From an uncultured Fibrobacterota bacterium (lineage in GTDB: Bacteria > Fibrobacterota > Chitinivibrionia > Chitinivibrionales > FEN-1185), in contig CAVWBU010000047.1 of assembly GCA_963753345.1 (NCBI GenBank), forward strand, positions 128,001 to 192,000: 64,000 bases of DNA. Direction: 5' to 3'. This document shows, one piece after another, positions 51,400 through 61,601 of the stretch. Under the pieces are notes generated by a model. It saw only the letters and a list, made by a program, of their open reading frames with translations. It had not been told where the DNA came from and ran no database searches. Made by a program: the position numbers and the translations under genes. Position 1 is the stretch's first letter; each line of letters begins with the position of its first letter.

Positions 51400-52323
51400 A
51401 TGGCAATTCCAAGTATCGAACTCATCCATGTGTCCAAAGACTTCCGGAGACACTTCTGGGAAAAGAAGGTGCCTGCCGTCATTGACTGCACATTTGCCGT
51501 CGAGAAAAACACCATTACCGGCTTTGTGGGTCCGAACGGCGCAGGGAAAACAACCTGCATCAAAATGCTCCTGGGCCTCATCAGGCCCACCACCGGAAAA
51601 GTGTTGATTAACGGACAGAACCCGGCTCTTCCAAGCTCGCGAAAGGGGCTCTCGTTCCTGAGCGAGCGGCCCTATTTTTACGATCATCTCACGGTTCGGG
51701 AAACCCTTCGATTTTCCTATGGACTCGTTGAAGGGTATGCGAAATCCGGTGAAACCGACATACTGCGGGCGCTGGAGGCCGTGGAATTGTCAGCATCCAT
51801 CAATACAAAGGTGAAAAATCTCTCTAAGGGGATGCAGCAGCGCCTGTCAATGGCCCAGGCCCTGTTATGCAACCCAGACCTCATGATCCTTGACGAACCC
51901 ATGAGTGGTCTGGATCCTCTTGGGCGGCGGCTTTTCAGGCAGATTCTGCTTGCCTTGGGAAGCGAGGGTAAGACGATATTCTTCAGCTCTCATATTCTTG
52001 ACGATGTGGAATCGTTGTGCAGTCACGTCGTGGTGTTGTCAAAAGGCCGCCTTACGTATCAAGGGCCTCTTGCGCAGCTCGTTTCCGAGGAAGCCGGGGA
52101 CGCAGAATGCGTGGTAACGGGCCTCAGCGATGCAGACCGCCGCGTGCTTGCAGGGATGGGATTCACTATTGCGAAGAATCTGAGGGCGGGCGACACCATC
52201 ACTGTTCCCGGAGGCAGAGGCCTCAGGGAATGCCAGCGATATCTGTGGGAGAACGGCCTGTTCTGCGAGTCGGTGTCGAAGCGGTCCTCCTCGCTTGAGG
52301 ACATAATTTACAAAAGGCAATAG
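51400..52323 (+). CDS. ABC transporter ATP-binding protein (PilH/XapD-like)
   Basis: GPNGAGKTT, LSKGMQQR, LDEPMSGLDP. Confidence 0.92.
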   Translation: MAIPSIELIHVSKDFRRHFWEKKVPAVIDCTFAVEKNTITGFVGPNGAGKTTCIKMLLGLIRPTTGKVLINGQNPALPSSRKGLSFLSERPYFYDHLTVRETLRFSYGLVEGYAKSGETDILRALEAVELSASINTKVKNLSKGMQQRLSMAQALLCNPDLMILDEPMSGLDPLGRRLFRQILLALGSEGKTIFFSSHILDDVESLCSHVVVLSKGRLTYQGPLAQLVSEEAGDAECVVTGLSDADRRVLAGMGFTIAKNLRAGDTITVPGGRGLRECQRYLWENGLFCESVSKRSSSLEDIIYKRQ

Positions 52324-52334
52324 GAGATCCACGA

Positions 52335-53099
52335 ATGCGGGCGATTTTCGAGGTCGCGGCAAACACCTTCAAGGAAACGATACGCAACAACGTATTGTAC
52401 ATCGTCCTTTTCTTCGTTGTCGCGCTTATCGTGCTGTCGGTGTTCGTGGCGGACTGGTCGGTGTTCGCCAGGATCCAGGTGATGCAGGACTTCGGTCTCG
52501 CCACGATGTCTCTTGCCGGGCTTATGCTTGCGATATTCATCGGCGTGGGAATGCTTGGGAAGGAGATGAGCCAGAAGACCCTGTATCATGTCGTCACCAA
52601 ACCAGTTTCGCGCGAGCAATTCGTATGTGGCAAGTTTGCGGGCCTGCTTGCCACGCTTCTGCTCACCTACGTGGCAATGTCGGTGATCTTTCTGGGTACG
52701 CTGCTGTATCTTGGCGGGACAATAAAACTTTCACTGATGTACGCGGTCGTTCTCATCTGGGCCGAAATGTCGCTAATCATCTCCGCCTCAATTCTCTTCT
52801 CAACGCTTACCTCGCCCATGCTCGCGTCATTCTTTTCGCTGGCCTTTTACATTGCCGGACACCTCAACGATTTACTCTCAATAAAGTTGGTTGAGGCAAA
52901 GGGCTCAATTTATCCTCAGGTGCTGAGGGCGATCTACTACATTCTTCCAAACCTGGAGCATTTCAATGTGCGCGACAACATCATCTATGGGGTGAGCTTG
53001 CCGGCGTCGTACTACGGTCTTGCAGTTGTCTACGGCATTCTCTACACGTCGCTGTTTCTCGCAATTGCATGCATCCTGTTTGCCAGAAAGGACCTTTAG
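52335..53099 (+). CDS. ABC-2 type permease (PilI-like)
   Basis: NTFKETIRN, KPVSREQFVCGKF, ~6 TMs, C-terminal FARKDL. Confidence 0.88.
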   Translation: MRAIFEVAANTFKETIRNNVLYIVLFFVVALIVLSVFVADWSVFARIQVMQDFGLATMSLAGLMLAIFIGVGMLGKEMSQKTLYHVVTKPVSREQFVCGKFAGLLATLLLTYVAMSVIFLGTLLYLGGTIKLSLMYAVVLIWAEMSLIISASILFSTLTSPMLASFFSLAFYIAGHLNDLLSIKLVEAKGSIYPQVLRAIYYILPNLEHFNVRDNIIYGVSLPASYYGLAVVYGILYTSLFLAIACILFARKDL

Positions 53100-53101
53100 T
53101 G

Positions 53102-53780
53102 ATGCGGGCGCGCACAATCCTTGCGCCGGCATCGATTGCCGCAGGTCTTTTTTCATTGTGGCTGCTGATCCTCGTCGCGCAAAACAATCTTACGTCCATT
53201 CGGTCAAGGCACTGGGCGCCGCCAAGCATGGCATTTGTGCCCCAGAGTGAAAAAATCAAGCCCTATCTGCTCGGATTCCATACCGCGTACGCGGACTACC
53301 TGTGGATCCGCACAACGCTCTACTTCGGATCTGAGTATCTCTCGGGAGGCCAGTACAAGTGGCTTGTCCACATGGTGGATCTTGTCACCAAGCTCAATCC
53401 AGGCTTCTATCCCGCCTACGAATTTGCCGGGCTGATGATTCCGGATGTGTGCGGGGACCCGGATGCCGCCAGGGTAATTCTCGAACGGGGCATATCTTCT
53501 TCGGTTGAAAAAAAATGGAAGCTCTGGTTCTACCTCGGCATGATCTACTACCGATACTACGACAACAAGAAAGACGCCGCGGCCTGCCTTGCACGCGCGG
53601 TTGCGCAACCCGGTGCGCCCGGTTTCCGGCTCGCCGGCATTGCGGCGGCAATGTTCAGAAAAAGCCGGAGCGCCCGAGGAAGGCCGCGATTTTCTTGAGT
53701 TCATGTACAACACGAGCGAAAATCCGGAAGTGAAAAGGTTTGTAGGAGCGAAATTGAAGGCATTCTTGAATAGTCAATAA
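53102..53780 (+). CDS. PilG/XapA-like membrane-anchored TPR protein, frameshift ~53660
   Basis: LGFHTAYADYLWIR, VTKLNP, ILERGI, WFYLGMIYY; C-terminus continues in the 53589..53780 frame. Confidence 0.65.
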
Positions 53781-53791
53781 CGAAGCTGCAT

Positions 53792-53913
53792 TTGAAATAC
53801 CCCGCAGTCCCGCGGGACGGGGAATCTTCCATCCCTATGGAAGGAAAACATACTTGTAGTCGCTCGCTAACCCCGGAGCAAGCTCCGGAGAATGCGCTCG
53901 CTGTGGGATTCAA
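53792..53913 (+). mobile_element. Non-autonomous IS200/IS605-like element, copy 3 (diverged)
   Basis: TTGAA-TACCCCG..CGGGGAATCTTCCAT..AAGGAA..CGCTCGCTAACCCCGGAGCAAGCTCCGGAGAATGCGC..TTCAA. Confidence 0.6.
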
Positions 53914-54145
53914 AGCCTCTCCGGCGCTTGATGAGTGAAACCCCCTCTTTTGAGAAAATGGCTTTGTTCAATCGCATCGGTTGTTACAGATTCCTGCAGC
54001 GACTTCGTGGCGATTCTAGTGGGCATTTTTGTGCAAATATTGTATTGTTTACGTGATGGCTCAAGTTACGATCAGGCCATTGGCGGACAATCCCAGGTAA
54101 TCTTGACAACCACCGAAAAAGCCTATGACAAAACACGGGATTCCC

Positions 54146-54937
54146 ATGAAAGTGGTCATTTTAGCCGGCGGTTATGGAACACGCCTGAGTGAAGAGACAG
54201 ATGTTAAGCCCAAACCCATGGTGGAGATCGGCGGCATGCCGATTCTGTGGCACATCATGAAGATATACTCGCATTATGGTTTTAATGAATTCGTCATTTG
54301 TCTCGGCTACAAGGGATTTGCCATCAAGCAATTTTTTAACGATTATTTTCTTCATGAGTTAGACGTGACATTCGATTTTTCAAAAGGAAATAAACGGACC
54401 ATTCACGGGCACTCCGTGGAACCGTGGAAAGTGACTCTGGTTGACACAGGATTGAATACGAACACAGGAGGGCGGGTCAAAAAGATCCAACCATATGTCA
54501 AGAACGAAACATTCATGCTCACCTACGGGGACGGGGTCGCGGACGTCAACATTCACCATCTGTTGAAATTTCACGAATCGCACGGGAAGACGGTCACCGT
54601 GACCGCAGTACGGCCCGCAGGAAGGTTCGGTGTTATTGATATCGACGCCACGAGCAGCGTCTCCAACTTCTGGGAAAAACCCAAGAGTGAGGCTTCGTGG
54701 GTAAGCGGGGGATTCTTTGTCATGGAACCCGGCATTTTCAACTATATCAAGGATGATAAAACAATTCTCGAAAAAATGCCGCTCGTCACCGTGGCCCGCG
54801 AAGGCAAACTCAAGGCATACAAGCATGAGGGTTTCTGGCAATGCATGGACAAACTGAGCGATAAAGTGCTGCTTGAAGACCTCTGGAATTCAGGCAAGGC
54901 GCCATGGCGTCTGTGGGACAAAAAGCCCCATGATTAA
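54146..54937 (+). CDS. rfbF: Glucose-1-phosphate cytidylyltransferase
   Basis: ILAGGYGTRLSEET, KPMVEIG, TYGDG, FWQCMD. Confidence 0.96.
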   Translation: MKVVILAGGYGTRLSEETDVKPKPMVEIGGMPILWHIMKIYSHYGFNEFVICLGYKGFAIKQFFNDYFLHELDVTFDFSKGNKRTIHGHSVEPWKVTLVDTGLNTNTGGRVKKIQPYVKNETFMLTYGDGVADVNIHHLLKFHESHGKTVTVTAVRPAGRFGVIDIDATSSVSNFWEKPKSEASWVSGGFFVMEPGIFNYIKDDKTILEKMPLVTVAREGKLKAYKHEGFWQCMDKLSDKVLLEDLWNSGKAPWRLWDKKPHD

Positions 54938-56006
54938 CAAATCGTTCTGGAACAAAAAGAGGGTTTTTGCTACTGGCCACACCGGCTTCAAGGGTTCGTG
55001 GCTGTGCATGTGGCTCCACCGTCTTGGGGCGAACGTTACCGGCTATTCCCTGAAGCCTCCCACCAAACCGAGTCTTTTCAAACTGGCCGGTGTCGAGGAG
55101 CTTGTTGATTCTCTTACCGGCGATGTGCGCGACGGCAAGAAATTGATGAAATGCTTGTCCGACGCGAAACCGGAGATCGTGTTCCATCTCGCCGCCCAGC
55201 CGCTTGTCCGCGATTCGTACAGATTGCCGGTCGATACTTATGCAGTCAATGTCATGGGCACGGTAAACGTTCTTGAAGCCATCCGGCTTTGCGGCAATTC
55301 GGTGCGGGCATTTGTCAATGTTACCACCGACAAGGTGTACGAAAACCGGGAATTCCTCCATGCCTACCGGGAAAATGAGCCTCTTGGCGGATACGATCCT
55401 TATGCAAGCAGCAAAGCATGCTCTGAACTGGTGACCGCCGCGTATCGTAATTCATACTTTAATCCCCAAGATTTTGCAAAGCATGGAATTGCACTTGCAA
55501 CCGCCCGGGCCGGTAACGTTATCGGAGGCGGAGACTGGGCAACGGACAGGCTGGTTCCGGATTGCATAAGGGCCATTCTGGCAGGCAGAACAATCGTTGT
55601 CCGGAATCCCCACGCAATCCGTCCGTGGCAGTATGTACTGGAACCCTTGAGCGGGTATCTTTGTCTTGCGGAAAAACTGTACACGAATGGCCCAAAGTAC
55701 GGTGAGAGTTGGAATTTCGGTCCCGGTGAACATGATTGCAAAACGGTTGAACATCTTGTAAAAGCCATCTGTCGGCAATGGGGACCGGAAGCGTCGTTTG
55801 CATTTGCAAAGGCAGAGGGGCTTCATGAGGCGTCTTTCCTAAAGCTGGACTCCTCCAAGGCCCGAGCGCGGCTCGGCTGGCGTCCGCGTTGGCATATTGA
55901 AAAGGCCCTGTCGGCGACCGTTGAATGGTATAAGGCCTATTCATCCCGAAGCGATGTAAGAAACCTTTGTTTCAAACAAATTGACGAATTCGAACGGACA
56001 AGATAG
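54930..56006 (+). CDS. rfbG: CDP-glucose 4,6-dehydratase
   Basis: TGHTGFKGSW, HLAAQPLV, DPYASSK, RAGNVIGGGDW. Confidence 0.96.
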   Translation: MINKSFWNKKRVFATGHTGFKGSWLCMWLHRLGANVTGYSLKPPTKPSLFKLAGVEELVDSLTGDVRDGKKLMKCLSDAKPEIVFHLAAQPLVRDSYRLPVDTYAVNVMGTVNVLEAIRLCGNSVRAFVNVTTDKVYENREFLHAYRENEPLGGYDPYASSKACSELVTAAYRNSYFNPQDFAKHGIALATARAGNVIGGGDWATDRLVPDCIRAILAGRTIVVRNPHAIRPWQYVLEPLSGYLCLAEKLYTNGPKYGESWNFGPGEHDCKTVEHLVKAICRQWGPEASFAFAKAEGLHEASFLKLDSSKARARLGWRPRWHIEKALSATVEWYKAYSSRSDVRNLCFKQIDEFERTR

Positions 56007-56016
56007 AATAGCCGAT

Positions 56017-57081
56017 ATGGATAATCCTCTTGCAGGCGATCTGGATTACGTTCTCTCCCAAACAAAAGATTTCTGGGAAGAAGTTCGGGGAAAGCGGATT
56101 TTTGTCACCGGAGGGACGGGATTTTTCGGCTGCTGGCTGCTGGAGAGTTTTTGCTGGGCGAATCGAGAACTGAATCTAAAGTCAAAAGCAATTGTGCTCA
56201 CACGAAACCGAGAGGCATTTTGCAGGAAAGCGCCGCATTTGGCAAACGACGCATCACTGGAATTAACAACAGGGGACATTTGTTCTTTTTCTCCTCCCGG
56301 GGAGTCTGTTTCTCTTCTCGTCCATGCGTTTGGATACCCCAGTGACCCTCTTCAAAGCAACAACGCGGAGGCAAACCTGGATGTTCTTGAAAAAACAATG
56401 GGAGGTTTACGGCATACGCTGAATTTTTGCGGTAAATGTGGGATTAAAAATATCCTTTTTGTCAGCACAGGCGCCGTATATGGAACACCTCCAGCGGAAA
56501 TGACGCATATCCCCGAGGATTTTTCCTGTGGTCGGAATTCTGCGGACACAAGAAATGCGTATCACGAGATTCGTCGTATGGCCGAAATGGTGGCAGCCAT
56601 GTACAGTGATCGATTTTCTCTCGAAATCAAGATAGCGAGGTGCTTTGCATTTGTCGGTCCATACATTCCCCTGCACGCCAATTTTGCAATTGGAAATTTC
56701 ATCGGCGATGCTTTGCATGGAGGTCCGATAATTGTCAAAGGCGACGGTACGCCGGTTCGGTCATATTTATACATGTCGGATCTGGCCATCTGGTTGTGGA
56801 CCATATTACTAAGAGGAAGAAGCTGCTCGCCCTATAATGTTGGGTCCGAAAACGGGATAACAATTTTGGAAGCGGCCCGGTCGGTTGCGGACTGTTGCTC
56901 TCCGCGTCCGGACATCCAGGTTCAGGGAAAAACCTTGCCGGCATTTGCACCCGACAGATACGTTCCCAATACATCTAAGGCCAGAACGGAATTGGGCCTT
57001 TCTGAATCGGTTTCTTTGGAAGAGGCATTACGAAAAACGATACAATGGCATCGAAATTATCCTTTGAAAAGCATTAATTGA
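56017..57081 (+). CDS. Extended SDR NDP-sugar epimerase/dehydratase/reductase
   Basis: GGTGFFG, STGAVYG, RCFAFVGP, RSYLY. Confidence 0.9.
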   Translation: MDNPLAGDLDYVLSQTKDFWEEVRGKRIFVTGGTGFFGCWLLESFCWANRELNLKSKAIVLTRNREAFCRKAPHLANDASLELTTGDICSFSPPGESVSLLVHAFGYPSDPLQSNNAEANLDVLEKTMGGLRHTLNFCGKCGIKNILFVSTGAVYGTPPAEMTHIPEDFSCGRNSADTRNAYHEIRRMAEMVAAMYSDRFSLEIKIARCFAFVGPYIPLHANFAIGNFIGDALHGGPIIVKGDGTPVRSYLYMSDLAIWLWTILLRGRSCSPYNVGSENGITILEAARSVADCCSPRPDIQVQGKTLPAFAPDRYVPNTSKARTELGLSESVSLEEALRKTIQWHRNYPLKSIN

Positions 57082-57135
57082 GTGACGAAAAATGATCTAA
57101 GGTTTTTGCACCAGTACCTAACCATGGAGACTTAA

Positions 57136-58017
57136 ATGCAGGATGTGAAAATTGGTGGGATTCCGATTGGCGAAGGCCATCCTTGCTTTATCGTTGCCGA
57201 AATCGGAATCAACCATAACGGTGATCTGGACTATCGCAAGAACGACTCATCGATCGTTGCTTTTGCCGCCGGATGCAATGCGGTAAAATTTCAGAAAACG
57301 GACCATGGACATTGTGTACTCTCCAGAGGAGCTGGCCAAGCCCCGGGAAAGCCCTTTCGGCTTACCAACGGTGATCTCAAAGGCGGTCTTGAATTTGGGG
57401 AAGAAAGAATATGAGGAAATAGACCGATACTGCCGAAATTGCAGGAAATAATATGGTTTGCATCCTGCTGGGACGAGGAGTCGGTGGATTTTATTGATCG
57501 GTTCAATCCACCCTGTTACAAAATAGCTTCAGCCTGCCTCACCGATGACAATCTGCTCAGGCACATCCGCGCCAAGGGGAAGCCGGTAATTCTCTCCACG
57601 GGCATGAGCACGCTGGAGGAAATTGATCATGCGGTTGAAATGTTAGGCAAAAAAGATCTGATTATTCTGCAATCGACCAGCACATATCCGGCGGATTATA
57701 TCGAGCTGGATTTGAAAGTTATTACTGAACTGCGTAAGCGCTATGAAGTTCCCGTGGGATATTCCGGTCATGAAACCGGGATTGCAACGACCGTGGCTGC
57801 CGTAGCTCTTGGCGCTTGCATGGTGGAAAGACATATAACCTTGGAGCGTTCCATGTGGGGTTCAGACCAGGCTGCTTCATTAGGGCCCAGCGGTATCACC
57901 CGTCTGGTACGCGATATTCGCTTGGCTGAAATGTCCATGGGCACCGGGTCGAAACGGGTTTTTGAACGGGAAAAGCCCATCATCAAGAAACTGCGTCGCG
58001 TAGGAGCCCGTTCATGA
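57136..58017 (+). CDS. NeuB-family ulosonic acid synthase (short, no SAF tail); several indels at 57230-57440
   Basis: AEIGINHNGD, AVKFQK, WFASCWD, KIASA, GYSGHE, ERHITL, WGSDQAASL. Confidence 0.85.
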
Positions 58018-58505
58018 TCCCGATCAAGGCTGTTGCCCTCGATTTTGATGGTGTCTTGACAGACGGACTTTTCCTCTGGGGGCCTCAGGGCGAGGAATTC
58101 AAACGATTGTCGTTCCGGGATGTGATGGGCATTTCCCTGGCGAAAAAGGCGGGCTTGGTGTTCGCATTGATTTCCGGTGAGGATAGTTCGTTGGTTGACC
58201 GTTTTGCCCGCAAAATGGGAATTGCCGATGTGTACAAGGGATGCAAGGACAAGGCTTCTGCATTGAGGAAGTTTGCCGGAGGACACGGCCTGGCCCTGGG
58301 GGACGTTTGTTTCGTAGGCGACGATGTGAACGACCTGTCTGCCTTCGCCATTGCCGGATTTGCCGCCGCGCCCTCAGATGCCCACCCCAGCGTACGGCGG
58401 GCAGCCGGGTATGTGGCGCAGGCTTGCGGCGGTCAAGGTGCGGTCCGGGAGATATTGGATTACCTGACAGGAGACGATTCTGCCGATACGCGGATGTCAA
58501 GGTGA
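58014..58505 (+). CDS. KdsC-like HAD phosphatase (ulosonate-phosphate phosphatase)
   Basis: DFDGVLTD, GDDVND, GGQGAVRE. Confidence 0.9.
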   Translation: MIPIKAVALDFDGVLTDGLFLWGPQGEEFKRLSFRDVMGISLAKKAGLVFALISGEDSSLVDRFARKMGIADVYKGCKDKASALRKFAGGHGLALGDVCFVGDDVNDLSAFAIAGFAAAPSDAHPSVRRAAGYVAQACGGQGAVREILDYLTGDDSADTRMSR

Positions 58506-58515
58506 TTCCATGGCC

Positions 58516-60388
58516 ATGAAATTATCCGATTATGTATTTCAATTCCTTGCCGAAAAAGGCGTGAAGCATGTCTTTATGCTGCCCGGCGGCGGCGCCATGC
58601 ACCTGGATGATTCCTTGGGCCGATGCAAGGCACTTACCTACACCTGTTTTCTGCACGAACAAGCACTTTCCATCGCGGCGGAGGCTTATGGCCAGAACAC
58701 CAATTTTCCCGGCGTGGGTTTGGTAACATCCGGTCCCGGAAGCACGAACGCCATTACCGGCGTAACGGCCGCCTTTCTCGACTCCACTCCGTGCGTGTTT
58801 ATCTCCGGTCAAGCCAAGCGGTCCGATCTGAAGGGCAGCAGCCATCACAGGCGTTGCAGCCGCCTTTCTTGACTCCACGCCATGTTTGTTTATCTCCGGT
58901 CAGGCCAAGCGGTCGGATCTGAAAGGCAATACCGGCGTTCGCCAAATGGGTTCGCAGGAGGTCGATATTGTGTCCATGGTGTCGTGCGTCACCAAATACG
59001 CAGTTACCGTGCTGGAGCCGAACAAATTCGCTACCATTTGGAAAGGGCCTGGCACAGCGCGACCAGCGGGAGAATGGGGCCGGTTTGGCTCGATATTCCC
59101 CTCGATGTCCAGGCAGCAACGATCGATGAAACGTTGCTTGCCGGTTTCACCCCGGAACCCACAAGTCGACAGCAGTGCCGGATTACAACGATCGGCGGAA
59201 CAAATTGTTCAAATGCTCAACGCCGCCGAGCGTCCGCTTATTTTGTCCGGCAATGGCGTCAAGCTTGCGGGCGCTCAGGATATGCTGATCAAATTCGCAG
59301 AAGACAATCAAATTCCCATGGTGTTAACCTGGAAGGCAATAGACTTCCTGGGCTACAACCATCCGCTTAATTTCGGCAGTCCCGGTATTATGGGATCTCG
59401 TTCTGCGAATTTTATCGTGCAGAATTGCGATTTCCTGCTTATCATCGGGAGCCGGCTTGACCCCAGCATCACCGCCTTCAACAGCGCCGGCTTTGGAAAA
59501 AACGCAAAGAAAATCATGGTTGACATCGACGAATCGGAAATCAGAAAGATCGGCCACATCGATGTCGCTGTTGTCGCCGATGCCGGCGACTTCCTTCAAG
59601 CGCTGAATAAGAGGCAGTCAGTCTTGCAGAAGCGGGACAGGAGCACGTGGTTGGCCTATTGCCGCGGCGTCAAGAAACGCTATCCTGTGGTGCTGGACGA
59701 GTACCGTCAAAGCGCCGATTCCGTCAACCTTTACGTCTTTACCGACGAGTTGTTTCAACAGCTTTCTGCGGATGACGTAATAACCCCGGAGAGTTCCGGA
59801 GCCGCGGGCGAAGTCACCTATCAGGCAATGCGCGTTAAAAAAGGACAAAAAGTAAGAAATGCAGCTGCCCTGGGGGCCATGGGGTTCGGACTTCCGTATT
59901 CGATAGGCGCCTGCATTGCCAATAACAACCGCCGCACAATCGTTATTAATGGTGATGGCGCGTTCCAGCTCAATATTCAGGAACTGGAAACAGTGAAGCG
60001 GCTTAAGCTGCCGATCAAGATGTTTATCCTCGATAACGGCAGCTATGGAAGCATCATGGCGACGCAACGGAACATGTTTAACGGCTTTTACGTGGGCTCT
60101 GAACCCGGCAGCGGGCTGACCCTGCCCGATGTGTGCGCCGTGGCCGCAGCCTATGGCATCCGCTGCGAACGCGCCGAAAACCATCGGGAACTCCCGGACG
60201 CCATTGCGCGCACGCTCAAGGGAAACGATCCGGCATTATGTGACGTAAAAGTCACTCAGAATCACGTAACGGCGCCGAGGGTGCAGGCCATGAAGACAGC
60301 CGATGGCGGCATGGTTTCCAAGCCGCTTGAAGACATGTGGCCGTACTTGCCGACGGAAGAGATGGCGCAAGAACATGATCATCCGTAA
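58516..60388 (+). CDS. ThDP-dependent enzyme (acetolactate synthase/YerE-like), interrupted by a 91-bp duplication and further indels
   Basis: GGGAMHL, HEQ, TSGPGSTN, GPVWLDIPLDVQ (alternate frame), GAMGFGLP, GDGAFQLN..N. Confidence 0.85.
58750..58931 (+). repeat. Diverged 91-bp tandem duplication
   Basis: 58750-58840 vs 58841-58931, 15 mismatches, mostly synonymous. Confidence 0.92.
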
Positions 60389-60438
60389 TATAAACCCATT
60401 AATTCGTGACAAATTGAACTCTTAGAATAAACGTGGAT

Positions 60439-61551
60439 ATGAAAATGACAAAATCGGAAATGCGGACGAACTTAAAAGGCTTGTTATCACAGAAAAGAGA
60501 TTATTCTGAAGAAATTAAGAATATTGCAAATAATTGCGAATATGTCGTTTTTTATGGATGTGGAATGATTCTTCCCAGTATTGTTGATACATGGACAAAA
60601 TATATTGGGAGGAGAATTGATTATTGTTGTGACAGCGATTGTGAAAAATGGGGGAAGTTTTTTAAAGGAATAAAATGTCTTTCTCCCCAGGAGCTTACGG
60701 CCATTAAAGACCGTTGCGCTGTTTTTATAACGATTGGAGATTACAGGCAGATTTACCGTTCGCTTCAAGAAAACGATTTTTTTTCCGTCAATCAAATTTA
60801 TAATTTCGACATTGCCGCTGCAGAATATATCAAAGGATGTAGACAAGAGGAAATAATTGATAACCTGTGTGAGGTATATGGATATTTATCGGACGAAAAA
60901 TCCAGGAAAGTTTTTGAATCCATAATTCATAGGGTCTTTGATAAGAAAATCAATACGGCCGTGATGTCGATGGTTTGTGAAGCCGATCAATATTTTCCGC
61001 CGGATATTGTCAATTTGTCAGAAACAGAATGTTTTGTCGACATAGGTGCATTCACAGGAGATACCGTACAAGATTTTATTCGGCGCACACACGGCAGATT
61101 TGAAAGTATCCTTTGTTTTGAGGTGGACCCAATCAATTACAATGCATTAACCAAAAACGTGGCTCAAATGCCTGAACGTGACCGGATACATACATACAAT
61201 GTCGGCATATGGGACAAAGAAACAGACATCACGTTTAAAATCAGCAATTCCCAGAGCGTCATTGGCATGGGAGACGGGAAAGGGCACGTCATTCCTCTTG
61301 ATGATGTTCTTACAGATGAGCGTCTTACTTTCATTAAAATGGATATTGAAGGAGCAGAACCACATGCATTGCGTGGATCTCGGAATATTATCAGGAATCA
61401 AAAACCAACTCTTGCCGTTTGCATATATCACGATCTGAAACATTTATGGGAAATTCCGCTCTTTATCAAGAAGCTTGTACCTGAATACCATATTTGCCTC
61501 AGACACCATACTCATCTGGAGTATGAAACGGTTTGCTATGCCGTTTGTTGA
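60439..61551 (+). CDS. FkbM family methyltransferase
   Basis: VDIGAFTGD, FEVDP, FIKMDIEGAE, LAVCIYH. Confidence 0.92.
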   Translation: MKMTKSEMRTNLKGLLSQKRDYSEEIKNIANNCEYVVFYGCGMILPSIVDTWTKYIGRRIDYCCDSDCEKWGKFFKGIKCLSPQELTAIKDRCAVFITIGDYRQIYRSLQENDFFSVNQIYNFDIAAAEYIKGCRQEEIIDNLCEVYGYLSDEKSRKVFESIIHRVFDKKINTAVMSMVCEADQYFPPDIVNLSETECFVDIGAFTGDTVQDFIRRTHGRFESILCFEVDPINYNALTKNVAQMPERDRIHTYNVGIWDKETDITFKISNSQSVIGMGDGKGHVIPLDDVLTDERLTFIKMDIEGAEPHALRGSRNIIRNQKPTLAVCIYHDLKHLWEIPLFIKKLVPEYHICLRHHTHLEYETVCYAVC

Positions 61552-61601
61552 TTGTTATGTCCGCATTTATTATGAATTCTTTAAACAAATGAGAAAACAA
61601 C

